DNA of 64,000 bases from Prochlorococcus sp. AG-418-I21 (GTDB lineage Bacteria; Cyanobacteriota; Cyanobacteriia; PCC-6307; Cyanobiaceae): positions 22,905 to 86,904 of the forward strand of contig QCMA01000001.1 of assembly GCA_003214115.1 (NCBI GenBank), given 5' to 3'. Numbering within the stretch: the stretch's first letter is position 1; each line of letters starts with the position of its first letter. Of this stretch, positions 10,238-20,316 are shown in pieces. Under the pieces are notes generated by a model, which worked only from the letters and a program-made list of their open reading frames with translations, did no database searches and had not been told where the DNA came from. Both the position numbers and the translations under genes were made by a program.

Positions 10238-12466
10238 TTAACCAAATTTACCTGAAGTTGATGCAATAACAAATGCACCGAATGTAAGAATGTTCCCAAT
10301 CGTGAAGTGTGCTAACCCAACTAATCTAGCTTGAACAATTGATAGTGCAACTGGCTTGTCTCTCCAGCCAACAAGATTAGCTATTGGAGTACGCTGATGT
10401 GCCCAAACTAATGTTTCAATTAATTCTTGCCAGTAACCACGCCATGATATTAGGAACATGAAACCAGTAGCCCAAACTAAATGACCGAATAGGAACATCC
10501 AAGCCCAAGGAGATAAGGAGTTTACTCCGAATGGATTATATCCGTTAATAAGCTGGGCGGAGTTTAACCACAGATAATCTCTGAACCAACCCATTAAATA
10601 AGTTCCTGATTCATTAAATTGTGCTACATTACCCTGCCAAATTGCTAAGTGTTTCCAATGCCAGTAGAAAGTTACCCATGCTAGTAAATTTAATGCCCAG
10701 AACATAGCTAAGTACATAGCATCCCAAGATGAACTATCACAAGTACCTCCACGTCCAGGACCATCGCAAGGGAATGCATAACCTAAATCTTTCTTATCAG
10801 GAATTAATTTAGTTCCTCTAGCATCAAGTGCACCTTTGATAAGAATTAAAGCGGTTGTATGAAGACCTAAAGCAATAGCATGGTGAACTAAGAAATCTGC
10901 AGGACCTATAGGTAAGAAAGCACTTAATGCATCTTGTCTATTGATCAGATCCATCCAGTAATGATTACCTGGTAATGAATTAGCAGCGAGACTTGCTGAA
11001 CTTGTAGGATCAGATAATAGAGCATTAAAGCCGTACATCATCTTACCTTGAGCAGCTTGAACAAATTGAGCAAAAACTGGCTCAATTAGAATTTGCTTTT
11101 CAGGATTACCAAAAGCTACAACAACATCGTTATGAACATAAATTCCTAAAGTATGGAAACCTAGCAACATTGTGACCCAACTAAGGTGACTTATCAAAGC
11201 TTCCTTTGTTCCAAGAACTCTTGCTAATACATTGTCTTTATTTAATTCTGGATCGTAATCCCTTACAAAGAAAATAGCTCCGTGTGCAAATGCACCAACC
11301 ATCAAGAACATTGCTATGTATTGATGATGACTATATAAAGCAGATTGTGTAGTGTAGTCTCTGGCAATAAAAGCGTAAGAGGGTAGTGCACCCATGTGCT
11401 GCGCTACAAGAGAAGTTGCTACTCCAAGTGATGCTAATGCTAATCCAAGTTGGAAATGTAATGAATTATTTACAGTTTCATATATTCCATCATGGTTAAT
11501 TCCGAAACTACCTTTATGAGGATCATTAGGATGTCTTGTGTTATGAGCTTCTGTAATTTCTTTAAGGCTATGACCAATACCAAAAGTATTTCTATACATA
11601 TGACCAGCAATTACAAAAACTGTTCCAATAGCAATATGGTGATGAGCAATATCGGTAAGCCATAATGCTTCACTTTGAGGATGAAGACCACCTAAAAAAG
11701 TGAAGATTGCTGTTCCAGCTCCTTCAGCCGTTCCAAATACTTGATCTAAAGAATCAGGATTTTGGGCATAAGCTCCCCAGTTTAAAGTAAAGAAAGGAGC
11801 TAATCCTGCAGGGTGTGGAAGCACTGTTAACCAGTTATCCCAACCTACATGCTGTCCTCTTGATTCAGGTATAGCAACATGAACCAAATGACCTGTCCAA
11901 GCGATACTACTAAAACCAAATAAAACAGCTAGGTGATGATTTAATCTTGACTCTGCATTTTTAAACCAGGCCAGAGAAGGTCTGAATTTTGGTTGTAAGT
12001 GTAACCAGCCTGCAAATAAAGTCCAACAAGCAAGAATACTCATAAATATTGATGCTTGGAAAAGTTGCTCGTTAGTTCTCATTCCAATTGTGTACCACCA
12101 ATGGTAGAGACCTGAATAAGCGATATTTACTGGACCGCTTGCTCCAGCTTGTGTCATTGCTTCTGTGATACCAGATCCAAAATGAGGGTCCCAAATAGCA
12201 TGAGCGATAGGGCGGACATGGGTTGGATCAAGCACAAATTGCTCAAAGTTACCCTGCCAAGCTATATGAAATAAGTTACCAGCTACCCAGAGAGCAATTA
12301 TTGCTAGATGTCCAAAATGTGTAGAGAATAGCTTCTGATAAAGTTTTTCTTCGGTCATACCATCATGACTTTCAAAGTCATGAGCGGTAGCTATTCCGTA
12401 CCATATTCGTCGGGTTGTGGGGTCCTGAGCTAGACCCTGGTTAAATGATGGAAATTTTGTTGCCAT
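10238..12466 (-). CDS. psaB: Photosystem I P700 apoprotein A2
   Basis: [22 protein letters not shown]; [12 protein letters not shown] (Fx). Confidence 0.99.
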
Positions 12467-12493
12467 TGAATTAAAAAGGTGAAGTTCAGGTTA

Positions 12494-14797
12494 TTAGCCC
12501 AGCCCGAAAAGGCGAGCATGGAAGAAGGCCCATGTGGTAGCAATACCACCTACAAGGAAGTGTGTTACACCTACTGCACGTCCCTGAGTAATAGATAGAG
12601 CTCGAGGTTGGATGGTTGGTGCAACCTTTAGTTTGTTGTGGGCCCAAACAATTGATTCGAACAATTCTTGCCAATATCCTCTTCCACTGAAGAGGAACAT
12701 TAAACTGAACGCCCATATAAAGTGAGCTCCTAAGAACATCAAACCGTACATGCTTATTGATTGACCATAGCTTGTTAATACTTGAGAAGCTTGAGCCCAG
12801 AGGAAATCTCTTAGCCAACCATTAATAGTAATTGAACTTTGTGCGAAATTACCACCAGTGAGTCCCCAAACATCGCTCTGCATTTTCCAAGAGAAGTGGA
12901 AAATAACTATTGATAAACAGTTATACATCCAGAAGAGAGCCAAGAAAACGTGGTCCCATGAAGAAACTTGACATGTACCACCTCTTCCAGGACCATCACA
13001 AGGGAATCTAAATCCTAAAGAAGCTTTATCAGGGATCAACCTTGAACTTCTTGCATAAAGCACTCCTTTGAGAAGTATCAAAACAGTTACATGGATTTGG
13101 AAAGCATGAATATGATGAATCATTAAATCAGCTGTTCCTAACGGAATAGGGGCTATAGCAACCTTTCCGCCGACTTCTACTAAACTTCCATTAAAAACTT
13201 CACTTAAAGCTTTGTGAGGTAAAGCTTCTGCAGTACCTGCTAAAAGAGAAGTTCCAACAGCAGATGCTTGAATACTCTGTACCCACTGAGCAAAGATTGG
13301 CTGAAGTTGGATTGCAGAATCACTAAACATATCTTGTGGTCTACCCAAAGCTCTCATAGTATCGTTATGAATATAAAGTCCAAAACTATGGAATCCTAAC
13401 CACATACATACCCAGTTCAAGTGACTGATTAAAGCATCTCTTGCTTTGAGAATTCTGTCTAATACATTATCGATATGTTTTGCTGGATCATAATCTCTAA
13501 CCATCGCAATTCCAGCATGCGCACCTGCTCCAACTATGAATAATCCACCTATCCACATGTGATGGGTAAATAATCCAAGAACTGTCATATAGTCTGTAGC
13601 TATATAAGGATATGGAGGCATCGCATACATATGATGAGATACAAGTATGCTTATCGATCCAAGCATCGCTAGGTTTACTGATAGCTGAGCATGTCTACTT
13701 TCTGCCATGAACTCAAAAAGACCTTGATGACCTTTAGGAGCAGGGAATAATATTGGGTCTCCTTGTTGTGAATCTAATATTTCTTTCATACTATGACCAA
13801 TACCATAATTGGTTCTGTACATATGACCACCGATTATTGCTATTACACCAAAAGCTAAATGATGATGTGAAACATCAGTCATCCACAAGCTTCCTGTCAC
13901 AGGGTTAAGTCCACCTTTGAAAGTAAGAAAGTCAGAGAAAGCTAACCAATTTAAACTAAAGAAATTGCCTGTACCACTTGCTAATCCTGGAAATATCTGA
14001 CCGATAATTTGTGGATCGCAGAGTTGATGAGGCATAGGCATATCTGCAATAGTTGCTATTTCTTTACCATTTATAACTAAAGGAGAGCCTGCATCAATTG
14101 CATCTAAGAGAGCTGCAGTAGGAGCTCCGATATGAATACAATGGCCAGCCCATGCTAGAGATCCTAACCCTACTAAACCAGCTATATGGTGGTTAAGCAT
14201 AGACTCAATATCTTGAAACCACTCCATTTTTGGAGCTGCTTTGTGATAATGAAAAATTCCAGCATGGAGCATAAGTGCAGCCATTACTACAGCACCTATT
14301 GCTAAAGCCATCAGTTCACTCTCATTAGTGATTCCCCATGCTCGCCACATGTGGAATATTCCTGAACTAATTTGAATACCGTTGTAGTTAGCACCAAGAT
14401 CAGCATTAAGCATTTCTTGACCAACGATTGCCCATACTTGCTGAGCTCCGGGTTTAACGTGAGTTGGATCAGCTAACCAACCTGAGTAATTAGAAAATCT
14501 AGCTCCATGGAAAAATGCAGCACTCATCCATATAAAAATGACTGCAAGATGTCCAAAATGAGCTGAAAAGATTTTTCTTGTTGCTTCTTCAGCATCTCCT
14601 GTATGCACATCGAAATCATGTGCATCAGCATGCAAATTCCAGATCCAAGTTGTAGTTTTTGGACCTTTAGATAATTTACTTGACCAGAAACCTGGCTTAT
14701 CTAATTTGGCAAAATCAATAGGTCTTGGATCGGCCTTTACAGGATCTTCCAAAACTTTTTTGTTTTTTTCTCCACTTTCTGGTGGGCTGATGGTCAT
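12494..14797 (-). CDS. psaA: Photosystem I P700 apoprotein A1
   Basis: [38 protein letters not shown]. Confidence 0.99.
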   Translation of the reverse strand: MTISPPESGEKNKKVLEDPVKADPRPIDFAKLDKPGFWSSKLSKGPKTTTWIWNLHADAHDFDVHTGDAEEATRKIFSAHFGHLAVIFIWMSAAFFHGARFSNYSGWLADPTHVKPGAQQVWAIVGQEMLNADLGANYNGIQISSGIFHMWRAWGITNESELMALAIGAVVMAALMLHAGIFHYHKAAPKMEWFQDIESMLNHHIAGLVGLGSLAWAGHCIHIGAPTAALLDAIDAGSPLVINGKEIATIADMPMPHQLCDPQIIGQIFPGLASGTGNFFSLNWLAFSDFLTFKGGLNPVTGSLWMTDVSHHHLAFGVIAIIGGHMYRTNYGIGHSMKEILDSQQGDPILFPAPKGHQGLFEFMAESRHAQLSVNLAMLGSISILVSHHMYAMPPYPYIATDYMTVLGLFTHHMWIGGLFIVGAGAHAGIAMVRDYDPAKHIDNVLDRILKARDALISHLNWVCMWLGFHSFGLYIHNDTMRALGRPQDMFSDSAIQLQPIFAQWVQSIQASAVGTSLLAGTAEALPHKALSEVFNGSLVEVGGKVAIAPIPLGTADLMIHHIHAFQIHVTVLILLKGVLYARSSRLIPDKASLGFRFPCDGPGRGGTCQVSSWDHVFLALFWMYNCLSIVIFHFSWKMQSDVWGLTGGNFAQSSITINGWLRDFLWAQASQVLTSYGQSISMYGLMFLGAHFIWAFSLMFLFSGRGYWQELFESIVWAHNKLKVAPTIQPRALSITQGRAVGVTHFLVGGIATTWAFFHARLFGLG

Positions 14798-15131
14798 CTA
14801 GCACCTCGAAAATAATTGACATTAAAGCCGATTGATCGGATCTTGAACTTATTTTTAATCATAATGTTCAAGAAAACGAATCCTTCGGAACTTTAGATAT
14901 TCGTTTCAAAAATAATAAGACAAAGATTCTTTCGTTATGCATTAACGTAACAAATGTTCTAATGATTGTTACTATATGAATATTTTGTTAAATTCAAGTC
15001 TATGACTAAATTATGGGTATTTTTACTCAAATTTTATATAAATTTCTTAAATTTTTTTTTATATTTCAAAGAAAATTTTTAAATCCAGCGACAGGATATA
15101 ATTTCAAAGTTACTACACAATAGTTTCTAAT

Positions 15132-16934
15132 TTGAAAGGCATTGCGATAGGTCTATCTAATAATTCAAAAGAAATTTTAAAAAGGCTTAAAAAAACCGAA
15201 TTTGTCAAAGACATATATATTGCGGGTTCTTCAAGAGAGAATGGAAAGGAAAATCAACTTTTTGAAATACAAAAACCTAGAGAAATCTTACTAAAAAAAT
15301 GGCCCGAGATAGATTTAATAATTTTCATAGGCTCAATTGCTGCATCAATACGCATAATAAATCCATTTTTAACCTCTAAAGATCAAGATCCAGGAGTAAT
15401 AGTCATAGATAACAAATGTTCCAAGGTAGTTCCTTTAATTGGCTTACATCAGTCAAATACACAAAATATTGCATGCCAAATTGCTAATTTATTTGGTGGC
15501 GAAATTATAGAAACTAATAATTCCAATGATCAAAGCCTCTTAAGTCTTGATGCATTTGGGAATCAATGGGGTTGGAAAAGATCTGGCAAAATAAACGATT
15601 GGTCAAAACTAGTAATTAAACAAGCTAAGAACGAAGAAATATTTTGCAAACAATTATCTGGTAATAGCTTATGGAAAACTTCAAAATCAGCTGAGATAAT
15701 TAATCAAATCGATAAAAAAGAAACTGAAAAAACAGATTCAACATTTTATGTGAGTATATTCGAAAATCATCAAACAACTTGGCACCCGCCCGTATTATGG
15801 GTTGGTATTGGATGTGAAAGAAATACAAGCAAAGAATTAGTAACAAATTCTTTAAATAACTTTTTAGAGTCAGGAAATTTATCACAGCAATCAATTGCGG
15901 GATTTGCAACTATTGATATTAAAAAAGATGAGAAAGGAATTTTAGAACTTGCTAAAGAAAAAAACTTGCCTATAAAGTTTTTTAGTAAAGAAGATCTTTC
16001 AAAAATAATTGTTCCAAATCCATCAAATGTTGTGCAAAATGAAATTGGCACCCCATCCGTAGCAGAAGCCTCTTGCTTACTCGCAGCAGGAAAAGAATCA
16101 AAATTATTAGAAGAAAAAAGAATTTTTAAAAATCAATCCGGTGCAGTAACTATCGCTATAGCAGAATCAAAAAATCAATATAATCCAACCCATGGCGAAA
16201 TCCATGTTATTGGAAGTGGGCCCGGTGATATCTCATTTTTAACCAATAATGCAAGAAAAGCACTTTCAAGATGTACTGTTTGGATTGGATACAAAATGTA
16301 TTTAGATTTAATAAAACCCTTAAAAAGAAATGATCAGGTTTTGATTGAAAGTAAACTTACTGAAGAAAAAGAAAGATGCAGTAAAGCAATTCAACTAGCC
16401 GAGGAAGGAATAAAAGTAGCTTTAATTTCTTCAGGAGAATCTGGATTCTATGGAATGGCTGGTTTACTTTTGGAGTTACTTCAAAAAATCAAAAAAGAAT
16501 ATAGGCCTTACTTTGAAGTACATCCAGGTATAAGTAGTGTTCAATTAGCTGCTGCGATTAGTGGAGCACCACTAATGAATGACTTTTGTTCAGTAAGCTT
16601 AAGCGATAAATTAACTCCATGGTCTTTAATAGAAAAAAGAATTGAAGGAGCTCTTTTGGGTGACTTTGTAGTAGCTTTATTTAATCCTCAATCCATTGAA
16701 AGAAATTGGCAGCTAAAAAGTGTAATAGATATATGTTTAAAATCTAGGCATGGTGATACTCCAGTTTTAATAGCTAGACAAGTAGGGAGAGAAAATCAAA
16801 CCAAAAAATTTTTTACTTTAAACACCATTCCTTTTAAAGAGATTGATATGTTATCAATCATTATTATTGGCAATTCTCAAACAACCTTAGTTGACGAAAT
16901 ATTTCTCACTCCCAGAGGATATCTACAATATTAA
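15132..16934 (+). CDS. cobJ: Fused CbiG / precorrin-3B C17-methyltransferase
   Basis: CbiG part: KDQDPGVIVID, VGIGCER, GTPSVAEA. CobJ/CbiH part: VIGSGPG, SSGESGFYGMAG, SLSDKLTPW, TPRGY. Confidence 0.92.
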   Translation: MKGIAIGLSNNSKEILKRLKKTEFVKDIYIAGSSRENGKENQLFEIQKPREILLKKWPEIDLIIFIGSIAASIRIINPFLTSKDQDPGVIVIDNKCSKVVPLIGLHQSNTQNIACQIANLFGGEIIETNNSNDQSLLSLDAFGNQWGWKRSGKINDWSKLVIKQAKNEEIFCKQLSGNSLWKTSKSAEIINQIDKKETEKTDSTFYVSIFENHQTTWHPPVLWVGIGCERNTSKELVTNSLNNFLESGNLSQQSIAGFATIDIKKDEKGILELAKEKNLPIKFFSKEDLSKIIVPNPSNVVQNEIGTPSVAEASCLLAAGKESKLLEEKRIFKNQSGAVTIAIAESKNQYNPTHGEIHVIGSGPGDISFLTNNARKALSRCTVWIGYKMYLDLIKPLKRNDQVLIESKLTEEKERCSKAIQLAEEGIKVALISSGESGFYGMAGLLLELLQKIKKEYRPYFEVHPGISSVQLAAAISGAPLMNDFCSVSLSDKLTPWSLIEKRIEGALLGDFVVALFNPQSIERNWQLKSVIDICLKSRHGDTPVLIARQVGRENQTKKFFTLNTIPFKEIDMLSIIIIGNSQTTLVDEIFLTPRGYLQY

Positions 16935-17029
16935 GTTTAGATAATCCATGATTTATAAATAGAATGTTTTTCTTTGCTTTTTCTTTATAAGAATACTAAT
17001 CTTTTATAATAATGATTTAAGAAAATTAA

Positions 17030-17818
17030 TTGAAAAATATTGGTTTAATTTTGTTTGACATTGATGGGGTAATCCGGAGCGTAGAGAATAGTTATAGACT
17101 TTCTTTAAAAAAAACAGTTTACAAATTTTCCGGATGGGAGCCAAGTTATATAGATATTGATAATGCAAAAAATGAAGGGATCTGGAATAATGACTGGGAT
17201 TTAAGTTTAGAACTTATAAAAAGATGTATAAAAAAAGAGAACTTAAACCTTAAAATTCCTCCAAGAGAAGAAATAGTAAAATGTTTTGAAGGGTTTTACT
17301 TTGGTGGAGATCCAAATAAAGATAGTAAATACTGGTCTGGCTACATAACAAATGAGGAGTTATTAGTTGATAAAAAGTTTTTTGATTTAATTCAAGGTAA
17401 TGGAATAATGTGGGGTTTTGTTAGTGGTGCAGAGTCTGCTTCTGCAAAATTTGTTTTAGAAAAAAGACTTGGATTAAAATCACCCCCATTAATCTCTATG
17501 GGAGATGCCCCTGACAAGCCTGATCCTAAAGGTTTTATTAACTTATCAAAAAAGCTTATTGGAGATAAACTTGGCGAATCAAATATTCCCATTGCATATG
17601 TAGGAGATACTATTGCAGATATAAATACAGTTATAAACGCTAGAAAGGAAATACCATCTCAGAAATTCATAAGTATCGGAATAGCTCCCCCTCATTTACA
17701 TTTAAATTCTCGATTAAAAGAACGTAATTCTTACGAGACAAATCTTAGAGATGCAGGCGCTGACTTGATTTTAAATTCTATTTATGACCTTAAAGATATT
17801 AATCTTAACTTGTTCTAA
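17030..17818 (+). CDS. HAD-superfamily hydrolase (TIGR01548-like)
   Basis: FDIDGV motif I, WNNDWD, KPDP, YVGDT.AD. Confidence 0.85.
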   Translation: MKNIGLILFDIDGVIRSVENSYRLSLKKTVYKFSGWEPSYIDIDNAKNEGIWNNDWDLSLELIKRCIKKENLNLKIPPREEIVKCFEGFYFGGDPNKDSKYWSGYITNEELLVDKKFFDLIQGNGIMWGFVSGAESASAKFVLEKRLGLKSPPLISMGDAPDKPDPKGFINLSKKLIGDKLGESNIPIAYVGDTIADINTVINARKEIPSQKFISIGIAPPHLHLNSRLKERNSYETNLRDAGADLILNSIYDLKDINLNLF

Positions 17819-17893
17819 AAAAAATATTAATTAAAAATGTTCTTTATTACTTTTAAGTCTAAAGTTAAATATATTATTTTCTAGATTGAAAAA

Positions 17894-19750
17894 GTGAGCA
17901 ATTATATCCTTGGTTTATCTTGTTACTACCATGATAGTGCCGTTGTCCTGATAAAAAACGGAGAAATAGTTGTAGCAGTTCAAGAAGAAAGATTTTCTAG
18001 AAAGAAGCATGATTCTAGATTTCCAATAAATGCAATACGATACACTCTTAAATCGCAAAATATTGACTTAAGAGATATTGAAATGATTGTCTACTACGAG
18101 AAACCACTTCTAACTTTTGAGAGATTATTAGAAACATATCTTGCTGTTGCACCTAGAGGATTACGTTCATTTATTGCAGCAATGCAAGTATGGTTAAAAG
18201 AAAAATTATTTCTCAAATCAGAACTTACTCGCAAATTCAAATCCTTACAAAAAGAACTTTTTCCAAATACTAAACCTCATATTCCAAAATTTTTATTCTC
18301 AGAGCATCACCTTTCTCATGCCGCCGCCGCCTTCTACCCTAGCCCATTTGATGAGTCAGTAATACTTTGTATGGATGGAGTAGGTGAATGGGCAACTACG
18401 TCTACATGGGTGGGCAAAAAGAATGAAATTAATCCTCTTTGGGAAATCAGTTTTCCTCACTCTCTTGGTCTTCTTTACTCTGCTTTTACTTACTATTGCG
18501 GTTTCAAGGTTAATTCAGGTGAATATAAATTAATGGGTCTTGCTCCTTATGGAGAACCTAAATATACCAAATTAATCAAAGACAACTTAATTGATATCAA
18601 AGAAGACGGAACTTTCAAACTTGATATTAGTTATTTCAAATATCATCGTGGTTTTCGCATGACGTCAAGAAAATTCGACAAACTATTTGGGAAATCACCA
18701 CGTAAAGGAGAAAGTGAGTTATCGCAGTTCCATATGGATATAGCGGCGTCCATTCAGGCAGTCACTGAAGAAGTTGTACTTAAATTGGCGAGAAGACTTC
18801 GAGAAGAGACAGGTATAAAAAAACTTTGCCTTGGTGGAGGGGTAGCACTTAATTGTGTTGCTAATGGAGTACTTTTAAGAGAAAATATATTTGATAATAT
18901 TTGGATTCAACCAGCGAGTGGAGATGCGGGTTCAGCACTAGGTGCTGCCCTAGTTGGATGGCACCAACATCAAGAGCAGGAAAGAGTTGTTAACACGAGC
19001 GATTCAATGAAAGGAACCTACTTGGGTCCTAAGTTCATGAACGATGATATAACAAACTATCTAAATCAGATTAATGCACCATTTCATACTTACAGTGATC
19101 CAGAATTATTTGAGCGACTAGCAGAGGAACTTGAGAAAGGTCATGTGATTGGTTGGTTTAATGGTCGTATGGAGTTCGGTCCAAGGGCATTAGGGGGACG
19201 CTCCATCATTGGGGACCCTCGTAATCAGAAGATGCAGAGCGTGATGAACCTGAAAATCAAGTATAGAGAGAGTTTTCGTCCCTTTGCTCCATCTGTTCTG
19301 GAAGAAGACGTCAGTAATCAATTCGAGATGGATGTCAAGAGTCCTTACATGCTTCTGGTTGCACCAGTCAAAAAAGAACTCTGTAAGCAGATGACAGAAG
19401 AGGAAGATAAACTCTTTGGAATCGAAAAACTCAACATCCCACGGTCTTCACTACCAGCAATAACTCATATTGACTACTCAGCAAGGGTTCAAACAGTAAG
19501 CAAAACCACGAATCCTCGCTATCACAACTTGATTAGTGCATTTAAACGAAAAACTGGATGCCCCACCATCGTTAACACATCATTTAACGTGAGAGGAGAG
19601 CCCATTGTGTGCACTCCTCAAGATGCATACAGATGCTTTATGAGGACAGAAATGGATATATTGGTTCTTCAAAATCAAGTCCTCTTTAAGAGAGAGCAAC
19701 CAAAGGTTGAAAAAGATGAAACATGGATGCAGGAGTTTGAACTAGATTGA
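17894..19750 (+). CDS. O-carbamoyltransferase, NodU/CmcH/TobZ family (SxtI-like)
   Basis: YYHDSA, EERFSRKKH, EHHLSHAA, MDGVGE, EYKLMGLAPYG, GGVALNC, EFGPRALGGRS, KYRESFRPFAP, SARVQTV, NTSFNVRGEPIV. GTG start. Confidence 0.95.
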   Translation: MSNYILGLSCYYHDSAVVLIKNGEIVVAVQEERFSRKKHDSRFPINAIRYTLKSQNIDLRDIEMIVYYEKPLLTFERLLETYLAVAPRGLRSFIAAMQVWLKEKLFLKSELTRKFKSLQKELFPNTKPHIPKFLFSEHHLSHAAAAFYPSPFDESVILCMDGVGEWATTSTWVGKKNEINPLWEISFPHSLGLLYSAFTYYCGFKVNSGEYKLMGLAPYGEPKYTKLIKDNLIDIKEDGTFKLDISYFKYHRGFRMTSRKFDKLFGKSPRKGESELSQFHMDIAASIQAVTEEVVLKLARRLREETGIKKLCLGGGVALNCVANGVLLRENIFDNIWIQPASGDAGSALGAALVGWHQHQEQERVVNTSDSMKGTYLGPKFMNDDITNYLNQINAPFHTYSDPELFERLAEELEKGHVIGWFNGRMEFGPRALGGRSIIGDPRNQKMQSVMNLKIKYRESFRPFAPSVLEEDVSNQFEMDVKSPYMLLVAPVKKELCKQMTEEEDKLFGIEKLNIPRSSLPAITHIDYSARVQTVSKTTNPRYHNLISAFKRKTGCPTIVNTSFNVRGEPIVCTPQDAYRCFMRTEMDILVLQNQVLFKREQPKVEKDETWMQEFELD

Positions 19751-19752
19751 TC

Positions 19753-20145
19753 ATGAAAGAAATAATTTCAAAAAAACAACTTCAAGAGTTTGGACTTTTA
19801 ATTGGATTTGGATTCCCATTATTGATTGGTTGGTTGATTCCTTCACTCACGGGTCATGGATTTAGGGCATGGACTCTATGGGTCGGATTTCTAGGATTAA
19901 TATCTGGAATCATCTTTCCACGTTCTCTATACTATCCATACAAGTTTTGGATGAAACTCGGTCTTACACTTGGATGGGTTAATAGCAGAATTATTCTTGG
20001 TCTTGTATTCATAATTGTTCTTCTACCAATTTCATTTGTAATGCGTCTTATTGGATATGATCCATTACGAACTAAACTAAAAAAAGTTAAGACTTATAGA
20101 GAAAACCGAAAAAATCATAAAACAGACCTCACTCGCATTTTTTGA
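19753..20145 (+). CDS. SxtJ-family membrane protein
   Basis: KKQLQEFGL, TM helices, WMKLG..LGWVNSRIILG, GYDPL. ATG 2 bp after the carbamoyltransferase stop (track uses TTG 19747). Confidence 0.85.
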   Translation: MKEIISKKQLQEFGLLIGFGFPLLIGWLIPSLTGHGFRAWTLWVGFLGLISGIIFPRSLYYPYKFWMKLGLTLGWVNSRIILGLVFIIVLLPISFVMRLIGYDPLRTKLKKVKTYRENRKNHKTDLTRIF

Positions 20146-20148
20146 ACT

Positions 20149-20310
20149 ATGGAAGCATTTTTTGATCTCGCTAAAGACATTTGGGACTTTATGAAGGTTC
20201 GAAAAAAGTACTGGTTAGCACCTTTGATTATCACGATTGTCTTAATGGGAACTCTTATTGTATTTACACAGGGTTCAGTAGTTGCACCCTTTATTTACTC
20301 TATTTTCTGA
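20149..20310 (+). CDS. 53-aa single-TM peptide, SxtK/DUF5989-like (not in ORF track)
   Basis: Manual translation MEAFFDLAKDIWDFMKVRKKYWLAPLIITIVLMGTLIVFTQGSVVAPFIYSIF*; RKKYWL.P and APFIY..F signatures; 3 bp after the previous stop. Confidence 0.9.
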   Translation: MEAFFDLAKDIWDFMKVRKKYWLAPLIITIVLMGTLIVFTQGSVVAPFIYSIF

Positions 20311-20316
20311 TAAGGG

